From Eledone cirrhosa (lineage: Eukaryota): 64,000 nucleotides of DNA. The notes below the pieces were generated by a model, which was given only the letters and a program-made list of their open reading frames with translations, had not been told where the DNA came from and ran no database searches. Positions 1-13,100 of this stretch are shown here, piece by piece. Where the stretch lies: the NCBI GenBank assembly GCA_964016885.1, contig OZ024741.1, positions 34,410,001 to 34,474,000 of the forward strand, given 5' to 3'. Position 1 is the stretch's first letter, and each line of letters begins with the position of its first letter. The position numbers were made by a program, and so were the translations under genes.

Positions 1-9
1 GAACATATT

Positions 10-190
10 GGCAAGGAATTCCTTACAATTACAGTTCTTTTGCTCTGGGTTCAGATCCCTCTGAGTTCGACTTTGCCCTTCATCCTTCCAAAGTCAATAG
101 AATATAATACTATTGGGCTGAGCTTAACCCTTTCCCCTCATGTTTGTGCTTTGTACTTTAGGTTAGAAGTTATTTATGGCAACAGACTAC
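10..190 (+). mobile_element. Degenerate tRNA-derived SINE, family A (Meta-core-like)
   Basis: B-box-like gggttcagatcc followed by the core gactttgcccttcatccttcc, which matches the better-preserved copies at 1410, 32713 and 34486. Confidence 0.6.
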
Positions 191-418
191 TGGGCTGAGC
201 TTAACCCTTCCCCCTCATGTTTGTGCTTTGTACCTAGGTTAGAAGTTATTTATGGCAACAGACTACTGGGCTGAGCTTAACCCTTTCCCCTCAAGTTTGT
301 GCTTTGTACTTTAGGTTAGAAGTTATTTATGGCAACAGACTACTGGGCTGAGCTTAACCCTTCCCCCTCATGTTTGTGCTTTGTACCTAGGTTAGAAGTT
401 ATTTATGGTAACAGACTA
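112..418. repeat. Tandem repeat, ~76-77 bp unit, 4 copies, derived from the SINE 3' region
   Basis: Unit tactgggctgagcttaaccctttcccctcatgtttgtgctttgtactttaggttagaagttatttatggcaacagac repeated head-to-tail. Confidence 0.95.
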
Positions 419-424
419 TAAGAC

Positions 425-575
425 TCGTAAAGTTGCAGTCAGTATTTTCTTACTGTTCTTTATATTCTGACTTCTAATCCTGCCAAATTCAACTTTGCCC
501 CCTCTCGCATCTCTACAGGATTGATAAAATAAGTACCAGTCATATACTGGGATCAACTCAATAGTAATGCCAATT
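425..575 (+). mobile_element. Degenerate SINE family A copy
   Basis: caactttgcc...gataaaataagtaccagt core motif. Confidence 0.6.
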
Positions 576-754
576 ATTATTGTTATTAATATTGACAAAT
601 GGTACATTGGATAGGAATATTCTTGTAGATCTGAATCATGTCATCTCCTTCACCCCCATTTCTGAGGCTCTTGGTAAAGGCATGAACAACATAACATCTC
701 CCTTTGATTGAATATCTAAATTCAAAATCTCTGCTGTCTATCCATGTCTGCAGT

Positions 755-900
755 TATCATCATCGTCATCATCATAAACATTACTATATCACCATCATTA
801 ATCTAAATCAGAAACCATTATTATCACCATCACCATTATCATTATCACCACCACCATCAACATCACTACCACCACTACTGCCATCATCATCATCATTACT
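755..900. repeat. Degenerate (CAT/CAC)n trinucleotide low-complexity tract
   Basis: Runs of catcat, caccac and ccatta. Confidence 0.8.
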
Positions 901-1409
901 ATTCTCTATTATTGATGTTGCTAATGCCTCAAGGATAGTCATGAAAGTCTTCACATCCTTCTGTGTATTAACTCTAAGGCTTCCCTAATTAACAAACTAA
1001 TTATGATTAATAATAATAATAGGGCAGTGGCTAAACAATTGATTCACTAATTAGTTTCCACCCCCACCACTTCTTCTTAGTTTAAGTCATGCTTGGGATT
1101 CTCACACTGCCTTTCCTTTTTATCCTGGAGTGTCTAGATACAATGGATACCAGTCATATACTGTGTTTGAGAAGGCAAGAACACCATGCACCACTTACAT
1201 CTATGTAGTTACTTGAGCTGCAAGGAAAAGCAGCCAAATCTCTCTTGTATCACAAAGAACACAGTAAATAATATAGTCTTAGATACACTAGTGCTTCAAA
1301 AACAAAGCAAAACCCCAAAATAGGCAAGTTGGTCACAGCTGGAATGGTGAGAGTTACTACATCATTCCCTATTACAAACATTGGCATTCTACTGAGTAAA
1401 AATGAAAAT

Positions 1410-1640
1410 AAGGGCTGTGGATTGACAGTATCAGTAGAGTATCAGACATTATACTTTACGACACAGAGTTACGGCCCTTTACGATCTGAATTTGAATCCT
1501 GCCGAGGTTAACTTTGCCTTTCATCCTTACAGTCATAAGGATAAAATAAAGTACCAGTAATGCATTGGGGTCAATTTAATCAACTTTTCCCCCTCCCAAA
1601 ATTGTTGACCTTGTGCCTAAATCTGAAACCATTATTATTA
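1410..1640 (+). mobile_element. SINE family A, near full length
   Basis: A-box-like gtggattgacagtatcagtag, B-box-like gaatttgaatcc, core ttaactttgcctttcatcc...ataaagtaccagt and an (ATT)n tail. Confidence 0.85.
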
Positions 1641-2365
1641 TCATGTTATAAAAAGGAGAGTCGAGAAGTATAATATAGTGGAAGAAGAAGAGGGAAAGAG
1701 AGAGAATAAGGGTTAACTAACAACTGAAGTGTAGAACTCTGAGTGGGTGAGGTTGGAAAGTGTGGAGGTATTACTACTTACTTGACTTGTGGTGGTGTTC
1801 ATCTGGGAGGGGTTAAGCCAGCTCCATTGAAGGAATTCATGGTGTAAGTTCATTTCAGTGTAGTTTCTTCAGGTGTTTGGTTTCACAAGTGGTGCCCATC
1901 CACAAGTATATCTACTTTAGGATAGTGCAATCTAAGCATTACATTGGTTATAGTGCTGAGCTCTCGTTTTCACACAACTCAATTTGGTGGAGCCAGTCTG
2001 GTGACGGGGATGCATGGGAGGGAGTTTGGCCAGCAGAGGCAATAAACACAACCTATTTGAGCCATTTTGTAGGCCAGCAGGAGCTCACCCCACAGCCCAG
2101 CTCAGGCATATCAACCCTGGGCATCAGGTATTGAGTGCTACTGATAATCTTAAGAAGACACAGGCTTCCTTTGGCACCTTGTTCTTTGGTACAGTACATG
2201 TTATTGTATGTTGGTAGAACGGATGTCTATGCCAGAGGGGGAGAAGGGCTGAGAAAATACTCTATGATACACTTTAGTTAAGGCTCTCTCACATACTCAC
2301 GTGAGAGATCTATAATCAATATTTACAAAACTGAAAAGCAAATATTGATTTCTTTGTTAATAATA

Positions 2366-2559
2366 ATTGTTTCTACTTTTGGCACCAGGCCAGCAATTAT
2401 TCCAGTGCATTACTGGTACTTTATTTTATCAACCCCATAAGGATGAAAGGCAAAGTTAACCTCGGTGGGATTTGAACTCGGATCATAAAGGGAGGTAACT
2501 CTATGCTTCAAAGTTTGGCGCTCGACCCTCTACCGATACTGCCAATCCACCGCCCTAAC
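2366..2559 (-). mobile_element. SINE family A, full length with 17-bp TSD
   Basis: Reverse-complement copy flanked by identical tttctttgttaataata at 2349-2365 and 2560-2576. Confidence 0.92.
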
Positions 2560-3227
2560 TTTCTTTGTTAATAATAGTGATTAATAATTAGAAATGATGA
2601 AAGCAGACTAATATAGCATTAATTAATTAGTATTAGGCACTTATGTGACTGATTCAGGGATAAGAGACAGCACATCTAGGAAGATTTCCTCATCATTTGT
2701 GGCTGTTTACAACCACATCATATTAAAACCACATGTTTTCAGCTGATCAACAGTATTAAACAATGGCAAACCTAGTTAGCACTTACATGGGAGAATGCTT
2801 TGGAAGCAAGCACCACCACCTTGTACTTGGAGAACAGTTAGCAGAGCCCACTCTGTTGCAACTCTTTGGTCTGGGGATATCCAAAATACTTTCCTTGCTC
2901 CTTTCCCAGCTTCCAGGCTTCTTTAAAGTAATAAATAAAAGAGACAACTTGGAGCAAAGTAGCGTGATGGTTTTCTTGCTTCTCCAACTCTTTATTATTA
3001 GGATGATTTCAATATCTCACTGCTGTCTAAAGAAACATTTAACAACACAGTCGACAATAGTTTCTTTTTATCTTGGCGTCAGACCTAATGTTTTTAGTTC
3101 CTATAATTCTTGGACTCCCAGGTGTTTATACTTCTCCTCCTCCATCCTGGACTGAAGTGAAGTCAAGAGCTCCTGGAGTTGAAGATAAACATGTTTACAG
3201 GATTCTGTGAGGTATCTTTTATTTAAA

Positions 3228-3325
3228 TAATGGTTTCTGATTTAGGCACAAGGCCAGCAAATTTGGCAGAAAGAGAAATATGCTTAAATCAACTCCAGTG
3301 CATTACTGATACTTTTATTAACCCC
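3228..3325 (-). mobile_element. SINE family A, 3' fragment
   Basis: ggtttctgatttaggcacaaggccagcaa...cagtgcattactgatactttt. Confidence 0.7.
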
Positions 3326-4199
3326 TTTTTTAATAGTGCTAGTGAAAACATGCAAGTTTTCTTTTCTAAGGTCCAGAGTTAGGGAAAATGTGTTTGCTGG
3401 GAAGGAAAGAATAGGGTTAATTCATGAATTTAATTTAAAATATGAACAAAACTCTGTTTCTCCTCACAAAAGAGGAAGATGGCTTTGCTGAAGAAGAAAA
3501 CATTACTACACGGGAGGTGGGGTAGTGTGTGGGTGGGGTAAGGACTTGCAGTGTTACTATATGGACAAGAAAAATATATTAGGAGGAGATGGAGGTAAGT
3601 CATTTCACTGCCACTGCCACACCTCCAATCATTTTCCAACATCCCCTCTATATACATGTGTATATATATATATATACATACATAAATATGTATATACATC
3701 ATGTACACCAAATTTATAGGATCAATAAGGAGACAGACAATGAGACCTCAGTCACCACTACCCCCATCCCACTACCACCGCCACCATTATTATTACTATT
3801 ACATCTCCCCTCCTTCCACTATGACTATGATTAAGATAAAGACAAAAGTTAGCAGAAGACTTTAAATGTAGATGTTTCTCAAACTGTTGCACTTATTCAA
3901 AGTGAAAGGAAAAAAAGACTAAGAATTGGATATAAAACAAAATAATAATAATAATAATAATAAATACATGAAAACAACTGTCTATCTTTTTTTTTTATTT
4001 TTTTGTTTGTTTTTTTGTGTAAAAGAACTTTGTCTATAAAACAAATGAGCTATCAATACTGTTGTTTGTTGTTAATTAACTGTTGTATTTTTGTTGTAGA
4101 TGTTGTTGTACTGGTCAGCCAAACATACATTCATCATACATTAGTGTGTGGCAACCTAGGTATGCTGTGGGCAAATAGAAATGTGTTTCGTTGGGAAGT

Positions 4200-7100
4200 G
4201 GGGTAGTGTAGGAAGTCACGGTATGTGGTGAGGGGTGTAGCATAGTAAGTTAAGGTATGTTGTGTGAGGTGTAGTAAGTGAAGGTATGTTGTGTGAGGTG
4301 TAGTGTAGTAAGTCAAGGTATGTGGTGGAGGTGTAGTAAGTTAAGATCTGTGGTGGGGGTCTAGTGTAGTAAGTCAAGGTATGTTGTGTGAGGTGTAGTG
4401 TAGTAAGTGAAGGTATGTTGTGTGAGGTGTAGTGTAGTAAGTCAAGGTATGTGGTGGAGGTGTAGTAAGTTAAGATCTGTGGTGGGGGTCTAGTGTAGTA
4501 AGTCAAGGTATGTTGTGTGAGGTGTAGTGTAGTAAGTCAAGGTATGTTGTGTGAGGTGTAGTGTAGTAAGTCAAGGTATGTGGTGGAGGTGTAGTAAGTT
4601 AAGATCTGTGGTGGGGGTCTAGTGTAGTAAGTCAAGGTATGTTGTGTGAGGTGTAGTGTAGTAAGTCAAGGTATGTGGTGGAGGTGTAGTAAGTTAAGGT
4701 CTGTGGTGGGGGTCTAGTGTAGTAAGTCAAGGTATGTTGTGTGAGGTGTAATGTAGTAAGTCAAGGTATGTTGTGTGAGGTGTAGTAGGTCAAGGTATGT
4801 TGTGTGAGGTGTAGTAGGTCAAGGTATGTTGTGTGAGGTGTAGTGTAGTAGGTCAAGGTATGTTGTGTGAGGTGTAGTGTAGTAAGTGAAGGTATGTTGT
4901 GTGAGGTGTAGTGTAGTAAGTCAAGGTATGTTGTGTGAGGTGTAGTGTAGTAAGTCAAGGTATGTTGTGTGAGGTGTAGTGTAGTAAGTGAAGGTATGTT
5001 GTGTGAGGTGTAGTGTAGTAAGTGAAGGTATGTTGTGTGAGGTGTAGTGTAGTAAGTCAAGGTATGTTGTGTGAGGTGTAGTGTAGTAAGTCAAGGTATG
5101 TTGTGTGAGGTGTAGTGTAGTAAGTCAAGGTATGTGGTGGAGGTGTAGTAAGTTAAGGTCTGTGGTGGGGGTCTAGTGTAGTAAGTCAAGGTATGTTGTG
5201 TGAGGTGTAGTGTAGTAAGTCAAGGTATGTGGTGGAGGTGTAGTGTAGTAAGTCAAGGTATGTGGTGGAGGTGTAGTAAGTTAAGGTCTGTGGTGGGGGT
5301 CTAGTGTAGTAAGTCAAGGTATGTTGTGTGAGGTGTAATGTAGTAAGTCAAGGTATGTTGTGTGAGGTGTAGTAGGTCAAGGTATGTTGTGTGAGGTGTA
5401 GTGTAGTAGGTCAAGGTATGTTGTGTGAGGTGTAGTGTAGTAAGTCAAGGTATGTTGTGTGAGGTGTAGTGTAGTAAGTCAAGGTATGTGGTGGAGGTGT
5501 AGTAAGTTAAGGTCTGTGGTGGGGGTCTAGTGTAGTAAGTCAAGGTATGTTGTGTGAGGTGTAGTGTAGTAAGTCAAGGTATGTTGTGTGAGGTGTAGTG
5601 TAGTAAGTCAAGGTATGTTGTGTGAGGTGTAGTGTAGTAGGTCAAGGTATGTTGTGTGAGGTGTAGTGTAGTAGGTCAAGGTATGTTGTGTGAGGTGTAG
5701 TGTAGTAGGTCAAGGTATGTTGTGTGAGGTGTAGTGTAGTAAGTCAAGGTATGTTGTGTGAGGTGTAGTGTAGTAAGTCAAGGTATGTTGTGTGAGGTGT
5801 AGTGTAGTAGGTCAAGGTATGTTGTGTGAGGTGTAGTGTAGTAAGTCAAGGTATGTTGTGTGAGGTGTAGTGTAGTAAGTGAAGGTATGTTGTGTGAGGT
5901 GTAGTGTAGTAAGTGAAGGTATGTTGTGTGAGGTGTAGTGTAGTAAGTCAAGGTATGTTGTGTGAGGTGTAGTGTAGTAAGTCAAGGTATGTTGTGTGAG
6001 GTGTAGTGTAGTAAGTGAAGGTATGTTGTGTGAGGTGTAGTGTAGTAAGTGAAGGTATGTTGTGTGAGGTGTAGTGTAGTAAGTCAAGGTATGTTGTGTG
6101 AGGTGTAGTGTAGTAAGTCAAGGTATGTTGTGTGAGGTGTAGTGTAGTAAGTCAAGGTATGTTGTGTGAGGTGTAGTGTAGTAAGTGAAGGTATGTTGTG
6201 TGAGGTGTAGTGTAGTAAGTGAAGGTATGTTGTGTGAGGTGTAGTGTAGTAAGTCAAGGTATGTTGTGTGAGGTGTAGTGTAGTAAGTCAAGGTATGTTG
6301 TGTGAGGTGTAGTGTAGTAAGTGAAGGTATGTTGTGTGAGGTGTAGTGTAGTAAGTCAAGGTATGTTGTGTGAGGTGTAGTGTAGTAAGTGAAGGTATGT
6401 TGTGTGAGGTGTAGTGTAGTAAGTCAAGGTATGTTGTGTGAGGTGTAGTGTAGTAAGTCAAGGTATGTTGTGTGAGGTGTAGTGTAGTAAGTGAAGGTAT
6501 GTTGTGTGAGGTGTAGTGTAGTAAGTCAAGGTATGTTGTGTGAGGTGTAGTGTAGTAAGTGAAGGTATGTTGTGTGAGGTGTAGTGTAGTAAGTCAAGGT
6601 ATGTTGTGTGAGGTGTAGTGTAGTAGGTCAAGGTATGTTGTGTGAGGTGTAGTGTAGTAAGTGAAGGTATGTTGTGTGAGGTGTAGTGTAGTAAGTGAAG
6701 GTATGTTCTGTGAGGTGTAGTGTAGTAAGTCAAGGTATGTTGTGTGAGGTGTAGTGTAGTAAGTGAAGGTATGTTGTGTGAGGTGTAGTGTAGTAAGTCA
6801 AGGTATGTTGTGTGAGGTGTAGTGTAGTAAGTGAAGGTATGTTGTGTGAGGTGTAGTGTAGTAAGTCAAGGTATGTTGTGTGAGGTGTAGTGTAGTAAGT
6901 CAAGGTATGTTGTGTGAGGTGTAGTGTAGTAAGTCAAGGTATGTTGTGTGAGGTGTAGTGTAGTAAGTCAAGGTATGTTGTGTGAGGTGTAGTGTAGTAA
7001 GTCAAGGTATGTTGTGTGAGGTGTAGTGTAGTAAGTCAAGGTATGTTGTGTGAGGTGTAGTGTAGTAGGTCAAGGTATGTTGTGTGAGGTGTAGTGTAGT

Positions 7101-10100
7101 AAGTCAAGGTATGTTGTGTGAGGTGTAGTGTAGTAAGTCAAGGTATGTTGTGTGAGGTGTAGTGTAGTAAGTGAAGGTATGTTGTGTGAGGTGTAGTGTA
7201 GTAAGTCAAGGTATGTTGTGTGAGGTGTAGTGTAGTAAGTCAAGGTATGTTGTGTGAGGTGTAGTGTAGTAAGTCAAGGTATGTTGTGTGAGGTGTAGTG
7301 TAGTAAGTGAAGGTATGTTGTGTGAGGTGTAGTGTAGTAAGTCAAGGTATGTTGTGTGAGGTGTAGTGTAGTAAGTCAAGGTATGTTGTGTGAGGTGTAG
7401 TGTAGTAAGTGAAGGTATGTTGTGTGAGGTGTAGTGTAGTAAGTGAAGGTATGTTCTGTGAGGTGTAGTGTAGTAAGTCAAGGTATGTTGTGTGAGGTGT
7501 AGTAAGTCAAGGTATGTTGTGTGAGGTGTAGTGTAGTAAGTCAAGGTATGTTGTGTGAGGTGTAGTGTAGTAAGTCAAGGTATGTTGTGTGAGGTGTAGT
7601 GTAGTAGGTCAAGGTATGTTGTGTGAGGTGTAGTGTAGTAAGTCAAGGTATGTTGTGTGAGGTGTAGTGTAGTAAGTGAAGGTATGTTGTGTGAGGTGTA
7701 GTGTAGTAAGTCAAGGTATGTTGTGTGAGGTGTAGTGTAGTAAGTGAAGGTATGTTGTGTGAGGTGTAGTAAGTCAAGGTATGTTGTGTGAGGTGTAGTG
7801 TAGTAAGTGAAGGTATGTTGTGTGAGGTGTAGTGTAGTAAGTCAAGGTATGTTGTGTGAGGTGTAGTGTAGTAAGTCAAGGTATGTTGTGTGAGGTGTAG
7901 TGTAGTAAGTCAAGGTATGTTGTGTGTAGTGTAGTAAGTGAAGGTATGTTGTGTGAGGTGTAGTGTAGTAAGTCAAGGTATGTTGTGTGAGGTGTAGTGT
8001 AGTAAGGCAAGGTATGTTGTGTGAGGTGTAGTGTAGTAAGTCAAGGTATGTTGTGTGAGATGTAGTGTAGTAAGTCAATGTATGTTGTGTGAGGTGTAGT
8101 GTAGTAAGTGAAGGTATGTTGTGTGAGGTGTAGTGTAGTAAGTCAAGGTATGTTGTGTGTAGTGTAGTAAGTGAAGGTATGTTGTGTGAGGTGTAGTGTA
8201 GTAAGTCAAGGTATGTTGTGTGAGGTGTAGTGTAGTAAGTCAAGGTATGTTGTGTGTAGTGTAGTAGGTCAAGGTATGTTGTGTGAGGTGTAGTGTAGTA
8301 AGTCAAGGTATGTTGTGTGTAGTGTAGTAAGTCAAGGTATGTTGTGTGAGGTGTAGTGTAGTAAGTCAAGGTATGTTGTGTGAGGTGTAGTGTAGTAAGT
8401 CAAGGTATGTTGTGTGTAGTGTAGTAAGTGAAGGTATGTTGTGTGAGGTGTAGTGTAGTAAGTCAAGGTATGTTGTGTGAGGTGTAGTGTAGTAAGGCAA
8501 GGTATGTTGTGTGAGGTGTAGTGTAGTAAGTCAAGGTATGTTGTGTGAGATGTAGTGTAGTAAGTGAAGGTATGTTGTGTGAGATGTAGTGTAGTAAGTC
8601 AATGTATGTTGTGTGAGGTGTAGTAGGTCAAGGTATGTTGTGTGAGGTGTAGTGTAGTAAGTCAAGGTATGTTGTGTGAGGTGTAGTGTAGTAAGTGAAG
8701 GTATGTTGTGTGAGGTGTAGTGTAGTAGGTCAAGGTATGTTGTGTGAGGTGTAGTGTAGTAAGTCAAGGTATGTTGTGTGAGGTGTAGTGTAGTAAGTCA
8801 AGGTATGTTGTGTGAGGTGTAGTGTAGTAAGTCAAGGTATGTTGTGTGAGGTGTAGTAGGTCAATGTATGTTGTGTGAGGTGTAGTGTAGTAAGTCAAGG
8901 TATGTTGTGTGAGGTGTAGTGTAGTAGGTCAAGGTATGTTGTGTGAGGTGTAGTGTAGTAAGTGAAGGTATGTTGTGTGAGGTGTAGTAAGTCAAGGTAT
9001 GTTGTGTGAGGTGTAGTGTAGTAGGTCAAGGTATGTTGTGTGAGGGGTAGTGTAGTAAGTGAAGGTATGTTGTGTGAGGTGTAGTGTAGTAAGTCAAGGT
9101 ATGTTGTGTGAGGTGTAGTGTAGTAGGTCAAGGTATGTTGTGTGAGGTGTAGTGTAGTAAGGCAAGGTATGTTGTGTGAGGTGTAGTGTAGTAGGTCAAG
9201 GTATGTTGTGTGAGGTGTAGTGTAGTAAGTGAAGGTATGTTGTGTGAGGTGTAGTGTAGTAAGTCAAGGTATGTTGTGTGAGGTGTAGTGTAGTAAGTGA
9301 AGGTATGTTGTGTGAGGTGTAGTGTAGTAGGTCAAGGTATGTTGTGTGAGGTGTAGTGTAGTAGGTCAAGATATGTTGTGTGAGGTGTAGTGTAGTAAGT
9401 GAAGGTATGTTGTGTGAGGTGTAGTGTAGTAGGTCAAGGTATGTTGTGTGAGGTGTAGTGTAGTAAGTGAAGGTATGTTGTGTGAGGTGTAGTGTAGTAA
9501 GTCAAGGTATGTTGTGTGAGGTGTAGTGTAGTAAGTGAAGGTATGTTGTGTGAGGTGTAGTGTAGTAGGTCAAGGTATGTTGTGTGAGGTGTAGTGTAGT
9601 AGGTCAAGATATGTTGTGTGAGGTGTAGTGTAGTAAGTCAAGGTATGTTGTGTGAGGTGTAGTGTAGTAAGTCAAGGTATGTTGTGTGAGGTGTAGTGTA
9701 GTAAGTCAAGGTATGTTGTGTGAGGTGTAGTGTAGTAAGTGAAGGTATGTTGTGTGAGGTGTAGTGTAGTAGGTCAAGATATGTTGTGTGAGGTGTAGTG
9801 TAGTAAGTCAAGGTATGTTGTGTGAGGTGTAGTGTAGTAAGTCAAGGTATGTTGTGTGAGGTGTAGTGTAGTAAGGCAAGGTATGTTGTGTGAGGTGTAG
9901 TGTAGTAAGTCAAGGTATGTTGTGTGAGGTGTAGTGTAGTAAGTCAAGGTATGTTGTGTGAGGTGTAGTGTAGTAAGTCAAGGTATGTTGTGTGAGGTGT
10001 AGTGTAGTAAGTGAAGGTATGTTGTGTGAGGTGTAGTAGGTCAAGGTATGTTGTGTGAGGTGTAGTGTAGTAAGTCAAGGTATGTTGTGTGAGGTGTAGT

Positions 10101-13100
10101 GTAGTAAGTGAAGGTATGTTGTGTGAGGTGTAGTAGGTCAAGGTATGTTGTGTGAGGTGTAGTGTAGTAAGTCAAGGTATGTTGTGTGAGGTGTAGTGTA
10201 GTAAGTGAAGGTATGTTGTGTGAGGTGTAGTAGGTCAAGGTATGTTGTGTGAGGTGTAGTGTAGTAAGTCAAGGTATGTTGTGTGAGGTGTAGTGTAGTA
10301 AGTCAAGGTATGTTGTGTGAGGTGTAGTGTAGTAAGTGAAGGTATGTTGTGTGAGGTGTAGTGTAGTAAGTCAAGGTATGTTGTGTGAGGTGTAGTGTAG
10401 TAAGTCAAGGTATGTTGTGTGAGGTGTAGTGTAGTAAGTCAAGGTATGTTGTGTGAGGTGTAGTGTAGTAAGTGAAGGTATGTTGTGTGAGGTGTAGTGT
10501 AGTAAGTCAAGGTATGTTGTGTGAGGTGTAGTGTAGTAAGGCAAGGTATGTTGTGTGAGGTGTAGTGTAGTAAGTCAAGGTATGTTGTGTGAGGTGTAGT
10601 GTAGTAAGTCAAGGTATGTTGTGTGAGGTGTAGTGTAGTAAGGCAAGGTATGTTGTGTGAGGTGTAGTGTAGTAAGTCAAGGTATGTTGTGTGAGGTGTA
10701 GTGTAGTAAGTCAAGGTATGTTGTGTGAGGTGTAGTGTAGTAAGTCAAGGTATGTTGTGTGAGGTGTTAGTGTAGTAAGTGAAGGTATGTTGTGTGAGGT
10801 GTAGTAGGTCAAGGTATGTTGTGTGAGGTGTAGTGTAGTAAGTCAAGGTATGTTGTGTGAGGTGTAGTGTAGTAAGTGAAGGTATGTTGTGTGAGGTGTA
10901 GTAGGTCAAGGTATGTTGTGTGAGGTGTAGTGTAGTAAGTCAAGGTATGTTGTGTGAGGTGTAGTGTAGTAAGTGAAGGTATGTTGTGTGAGGTGTAGTA
11001 GGTCAAGGTATGTTGTGTGAGGTGTAGTGTAGTAAGTCAAGGTATGTTGTGTGAGGTGTAGTGTAGTAAGTCAAGGTATGTTGTGTGAGGTGTAGTGTAG
11101 TAAGTGAAGGTATGTTGTGTGAGGTGTAGTAGGTCAAGGTATGTTGTGTGAGGTGTAGTGTAGTAAGTCAAGGTATGTTGTGTGAGGTGTAGTGTAGTAA
11201 GTCAAGGTATGTTGTGTGAGGTGTAGTGTAGTAAGTGAAGGTATGTTGTGTGAGGTGTAGTAGGTCAAGGTATGTTGTGTGAGGTGTAGTGTAGTAAGTC
11301 AAGGTATGTTGTGTGAGGTGTAGTGTAGTAAGTCAAGGTATGTTGTGTGAGGTGTAGTGTAGTAAGTGAAGGTATGTTGTGTGAGGTGTAGTGTAGTAAG
11401 TCAAGGTATGTTGTGTGAGGTGTAGTGTAGTAAGTCAAGGTATGTTGTGTGAGGTGTAGTGTAGTAAGTCAAGGTATGTTGTGTGAGGTGTAGTGTAGTA
11501 AGTGAAGGTATGTTGTGTGAGGTGTAGTGTAGTAAGTGAAGGTATGTTGTGTGAGGTGTAGTGTAGTAAGTCAAGGTATGTTGTGTGAGGTGTAGTGTAG
11601 TAAGTGAAGGTATGTTGTGTGAGGTGTAGTGTAGTAAGTCAAGGTATGTTGTGTGAGGTGTAGTGTAGTAAGTCAAGGTATGTTGTGTGAGGTGTAGTGT
11701 AGTAAGTGAAGGTATGTTGTGTGAGGTGTAGTGTAGTAAGTCAAGGTATGTTGTGTGAGGTGTAGTGTAGTAAGTGAAGGTATGTTGTGTGAGGTGTAGT
11801 GTAGTAAGTGAAGGTATGTTGTGTGAGGTATAGTGTAGTAGGTCAAGGTATGTTGTGTGAGGTGTAGTGTAGTAAGTCAAGGTATGTTGTGTGAGGTGTA
11901 GTGTAGTAAGTCAAGGTATGTTGTGTGAGGTGTAGTGTAGTAAGTCAAGGTATGTTGTGTGAGGTGTAGTGTAGTAGGTCAAGGTATGTTGTGTGAGGTG
12001 TAGTGTAGTAAGTCAAGGTATGTTGTGTGAGGTGTAGTGTAGTGTAGTAAGTGAAGGTATGTTGTGTGAGGTGTAGTGTAGTAGGTCAAGGTATGTTGTG
12101 TGAGGTGTAGTGTAGTAAGTGAAGGTATGTTGTGTGAGGTGTAGTGTAGTAAGTCAAGGTATGTTGTGTGAGGTGTGTAGTAAGTCAAGGTATGTTGTGT
12201 GAGGTGTAGTGTAGTAAGTCAAGGTATGTTGTGTGAGGTGTAGTAGGTCAAGGTATGTTGTGTGAGGTGTAGTGTAGTAAGTGAAGGTATGTTGTGTGAG
12301 GTGTAGTGTAGTAAGTGAAGGTATGTTGTGTGAGGTGTAGTGTAGTAAGTGAAGGTATGTTGTGTGAGGTGTAGTGTAGTAAGTCAAGGTATGTTGTGTG
12401 AGGTGTAGTGTAGTAGGTCAAGGTATGTTGTGTGAGGTATAGTGTAGTAAGTCAAGGTATGTTGTGTGAGGTGTAGTGTAGTAAGTGAAGGTATGTTGTG
12501 TGAGGTGTAGTGTAGTAAGTGAAGGTATGTTGTGTGAGGTGTAGTGTAGTAAGTCAAGGTATGTTGTGTGAGGTGTAGTGTAGTAAGTCAAGGTATGTTG
12601 TGTGAGGTGTAGTGTAGTAAGTGAAGGTATGTTGTGTGAGGTGTAGTGTAGTAAGTCAAGGTATGTTGTGTGAGGTGTAGTGTAGTAAGTCAAGGTATGT
12701 TGTGTGAGGTGTAGTGTAGTAGGTCAAGGTATGTTGTGTGAGGTGTAGTAGGTCAAGGTATGTTGTGTGAGGTGTAGTGTAGTAGGTCAAGGTATGTTGT
12801 GTGAGGTGTAGTGTAGTAAGTCAAGGTATGTTGTGTGAGGTGTAGTGTAGTAGGTCAAGGTATGTTGTGTGAGGTGTAGTGTAGTAAGTGAAGGTATGTT
12901 GTGTGAGGTGTAGTGTAGTAAGTCAAGGTATGTTGTGTGAGGTGTGTAGTAAGTCAAGGTATGTTGTGTGAGGTGTAGTGGAGTAAGTGAAGGTATGTTG
13001 TGTGAGGTGTAGTGTAGTAAGTGAAGGTATGTTGTGTGAGGTGTAGTGTAGTAAGTGAAGGTATGTTGTGTGAGGTGTAGTGTAGTAGGTCAAGGTATGT

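Noticed and set aside
2763-3155. 130-aa plus-strand ORF as a standalone gene
   Set aside because: No recognisable motif or family; not supportable without homology or expression data.
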